Part shown: positions 62,001 to 64,000 of the stretch, piece by piece
How positions within the stretch are numbered: position 1 is the stretch's first letter
Layout: each line of letters starts with the position of its first letter
NCBI GenBank assembly: GCA_019058315.1
Contig: JAHPZH010000008.1
Location: forward strand, 32,001-96,000
DNA from: Candidatus Helarchaeota archaeon
GTDB lineage: Archaea; Asgardarchaeota; Lokiarchaeia; Helarchaeales; RDOG01
Direction of reading: 5' to 3'
DNA length: 64,000 bases
Position numbers and translations under genes: made by a program
The notes under the pieces: model-generated
Told to the model about the DNA's origin: nothing
The model's input: the letters and a program-made list of their open reading frames with translations, nothing else
Databases searched by the model: none

Positions 62001-64000
62001 CCCACCTTGTTCGGATACAGCAATTTGGAGGAATAGCAATATTACTCCAGGGATGCCAATTCTTGAGCTTATACTTAATCCTGACAATCTTTTAGTTGAC
62101 AAACAATCCTCATTGGAGCAAAGTATGGATCTTACTTTAATAGTCTCATGGCCGTATGACAGTACTTGGGAAGGCACATTAATGAGCTCACAGATTTTTG
62201 ATTTTATTATTGAACTAAATGGTAATAAAATCTGGCAATGGAGTGATGATTATTTATTCCTTCAATGGATCACAACAATCACAATCCCACCTTATGGTTC
62301 AAGAGTCTATACCGTGACTTGGGATTTTTTGCCTGATGAAATCGAGTATGAAGGGATTTATACGGCTCGAGCATTTTTTATTGCTTCTGGACAGGAAATA
62401 TCTAAAGATTTTGAGATAAAATTCACACCAAATATTCCACCACCTACATATCCGCAATTAGAAAATTTAACAGAAAGTGCAGATCCATTAGAATTAGGAC
62501 AAACGGAAACAATTCAAATTGATGCTTTCGATATAGATGGTATTTCAATGGTATGTATTGGATTGGATTCAGGAAATTATACAATGAATAATATTGGAGG
62601 TAATAAATATGAATTTAGCTGGGTTCCTACGGATATTGGAGTAAAACCATATTCAATTTATGCAGTGGATACTCAAGGCTATTGGAGCTGCTTATATGAT
62701 TCTATTACTGTTCAAGACACAACATTTACTGGCACTATAGAATTAGATCAAGGGGAATATTATGGAACAGCTGCAACACCTATAATAACATTGACTGATT
62801 CGGAGCTTGATACGACTTCTAGTGCTGATTTAGTTAATGTACACGTGACATCTAATAGCGATTCAAGTGGGATTATGGTAATTTGCACAGAAACAGGGAT
62901 AAATACCGGAATATTTACTGGAACTTTTTCATTCAGCACAATCTCTAGTAATGATCTTTCAGATATAATTTTAGCATATAACAATGATATTATAACAGTA
63001 AGTTATTGTAATGCTTCTGATAATGCAACTTGGATTCAAACCCATACTGCTGAAATGCCAAAACCACCCATGGAAGATCATTTTTACGGTCTAACTCAAT
63101 ATAATGTAATAATTATTGATGATGAAGATATGGATTTTACTCCAGGACCTTATAATGATCAAATAAAAGGTTTAATAATTAGTAGTAGTGATCTTACTGG
63201 TTTTACAGCTGATTTTATTGAAATGGGTACGCCAGGTGTATTTGGTTTCGTATTTGGATTCACATTTGGATCCACAAATGATAGATTTCTCCATGTTGAA
63301 GATGGAGATACAATTGAAATTATATATTTCGATCAGCATAACGATCAAGGCTATAGCGATTATTTAAGAGAATCGGCCATTTGGCATAGAACATATAATG
63401 GCTCACTTTCAATTAATACAACCCTAATAATTGGTTATAACTCAGTTTTAGAAATAACAGTTAGTGATAAAGATTTAGATATAGACAATCTTAATCCTGA
63501 TTATTATCCCGCACCATTTAGCCCTGTTGAAGTTCAAACAAAGGATAATTTTACTAATTATATTAGAATCGCTCTAACTGAGACAGGACTATCTACTGGA
63601 ATATTTAAGGGATTTTTATATCTAGGTGCTGGACCTACAAATATTTTAAATCAAACATTAAACGTTTTAGATAATGAAAATATAGTGATTAGATATTCCG
63701 AAGCACACAATATTTATGGTGATCCTGAATTACATGAAGAATTAGTTCGATTTTTAGTATGTCACAATGCAATTATTAACACTGATAGAGATATTTATTA
63801 TGGGGATTTTATTAACGTTATTGTAACCGTTAGAGATGAAGACTTAAATTTAGACTCTAATTTGCAAGAGTGCATTACAATAAATGCATCAAACGGTCCT
63901 AATAATATGATTAATGTTGAACTCCATGAACAAGGTATTGATAGTGATTTTTTTATTGGTATTTTTACATTAGTTACTAATTCTACTAGCGATGTAGACG
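59089..64000 (+). CDS. Giant secreted/surface protein (>1630 aa, runs off window) with Ig-like repeats and a BsuPI-like domain
   Basis: Not in track because no stop occurs in the window. MKNNKYKK + hydrophobic signal; VPFQIDE and DYDDEI motifs; no stop seen in the long stretches read by hand. Confidence 0.88.
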   Translation, partial: MKNNKYKKLILISSLIILIFIPIINSYIYNSLGWENIKNYQSGKKDLDIFHNHGIEGNSELWNYTTADSVIFNEPNLTRVGYPLIIRMIDNPYVYNALQGLNESFIRILYYNVSNQWVEVPFQIDEKGWPLIWADGDYNIGTYDPVLRIKHTYVSKNGTYNYEPSNGNDTQVPYAIDYDDEICFYVENGQWVSNQTWWNHENFPYRLAVNITDPVDGGQSFMYIYYNNHTPQVSPEYESYVNWDSETLTITTQIYQKRFKNDDPDIMNLLRILAPGSDGKNIIEEMDNSFAGIHVRVVGPLGINFYGDMDWMTHGSWNETYYDDSACGIDNPNEETEQLAQPDPGNIPSWNEWDTQGDHLAVVNGPIRVILLKQRYTHGMVSLGGLAGNQHIYTYDLLSHIFYNNMEQDDKGSMKIIVPTAPVGTAYIDNTCLIIETIGFNVSLREDFANVLGGNPGGYPGYNETEDWNPDYPNNVTDSQKYLYFNGNDIDDDLKNGGDPTTDPPTPPPIDNEGLSDWTITCSETHGGMWMYIPRKEFLTAIEPYRAGGAREYMYYQDDVSSSEIGYGVFNLNAQQGDIIATDPYYIRYVYGIFDNVSNVERAKLEYRRYKTDLSNPDVSPICYQEQTCIQNHTGTIELDAETYYGTAAVAEITLIDQDLDTTDNVNTAYVNVTSSRDQWGIRVFLTETGPNTGIFKGIVMFSTTGSDDPSDIIWVKDGDTIIVRYDDEHTMTGDPASLTDTAIWIGTYTGTIELNKAEYIDDEIPIVTIIDPDLNQNPNIKETVSISVISDSDPIGISVILTETEKNNGGFEGYFSFNRFLSNDTLDQIYIFDEDNVIVTYYDQHSLTGAQLNITDTATWHATHSGTIELDKEIYYGTGAVAMVTINDTDLNTNINLKETVSLRVWSDTVLSYLEPGIFVNCLETGITTGIFIGYFTFSTVESDDILDKIWVDDGDTIYVGMDNYLCVYPPPCSDTAIWRNSNITPGMPILELILNPDNLLVDKQSSLEQSMDLTLIVSWPYDSTWEGTLMSSQIFDFIIELNGNKIWQWSDDYLFLQWITTITIPPYGSRVYTVTWDFLPDEIEYEGIYTARAFFIASGQEISKDFEIKFTPNIPPPTYPQLENLTESADPLELGQTETIQIDAFDIDGISMVCIGLDSGNYTMNNIGGNKYEFSWVPTDIGVKPYSIYAVDTQGYWSCLYDSITVQDTTFTGTIELDQGEYYGTAATPIITLTDSELDTTSSADLVNVHVTSNSDSSGIMVICTETGINTGIFTGTFSFSTISSNDLSDIILAYNNDIITVSYCNASDNATWIQTHTAEMPKPPMEDHFYGLTQYNVIIIDDEDMDFTPGPYNDQIKGLIISSSDLTGFTADFIEMGTPGVFGFVFGFTFGSTNDRFLHVEDGDTIEIIYFDQHNDQGYSDYLRESAIWHRTYNGSLSINTTLIIGYNSVLEITVSDKDLDIDNLNPDYYPAPFSPVEVQTKDNFTNYIRIALTETGLSTGIFKGFLYLGAGPTNILNQTLNVLDNENIVIRYSEAHNIYGDPELHEELVRFLVCHNAIINTDRDIYYGDFINVIVTVRDEDLNLDSNLQECITINASNGPNNMINVELHEQGIDSDFFIGIFTLVTNSTSDVD
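60985..64000 (+). repeat. At least seven ~116-aa degenerate intragenic repeats
   Basis: Units start near 60985, 61333, 61681, 62725, 63043, 63394 and 63763; consensus GTIELD..Y...D.DL.....V.S..D..GI...LTETG..TGIF.G...DGDTI.V.Y. Confidence 0.85.

Overview
AT-rich archaeal chromosomal segment, very probably from an Asgard archaeon (Loki/Hel-like). This assignment is inferred from an archaeal histone, TFS, Ftr, GatCAB, and roadblock, longin-like, Rab-like and E2-like domains. About 60 CDS are supportable. The left ~15 kb is a nitrogen/amine metabolism block: Glu dehydrogenase, sucDC, glnA-ftr, a stand-alone NifB-like radical SAM, avtA, agmatinase, a class-III aminotransferase with AOR, and MoaD. 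The middle holds an AT-rich three-gene cassette (TGT-like Zn-tail protein, Panacea/YwgA-like HTH, Doc-like protein), gatCAB and a block of Asgard-type hypotheticals. The right end is a giant secreted repeat protein running off the window. Main signals outside the ORF track: (1) a complete box C/D sRNA at 48586-48654 (-) whose D guide matches the 23S peptidyl-transferase region in the register I recall for eukaryotic U49/SNORD49; (2) a NifB-like gene with no standard start before its HPC motif and a Rab-like gene best started at ATA; (3) an Ile/Val-rich uORF in an attenuator-like leader of avtA; (4) a solitary CRISPR-repeat-like 37-mer upstream of the surface protein gene; (5) several palindromic operators and three small unannotated genes. 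No rRNA, tRNA, CRISPR array, integrase or transposase was recognised. All protein calls come from motif recognition by eye; no database searches were run.
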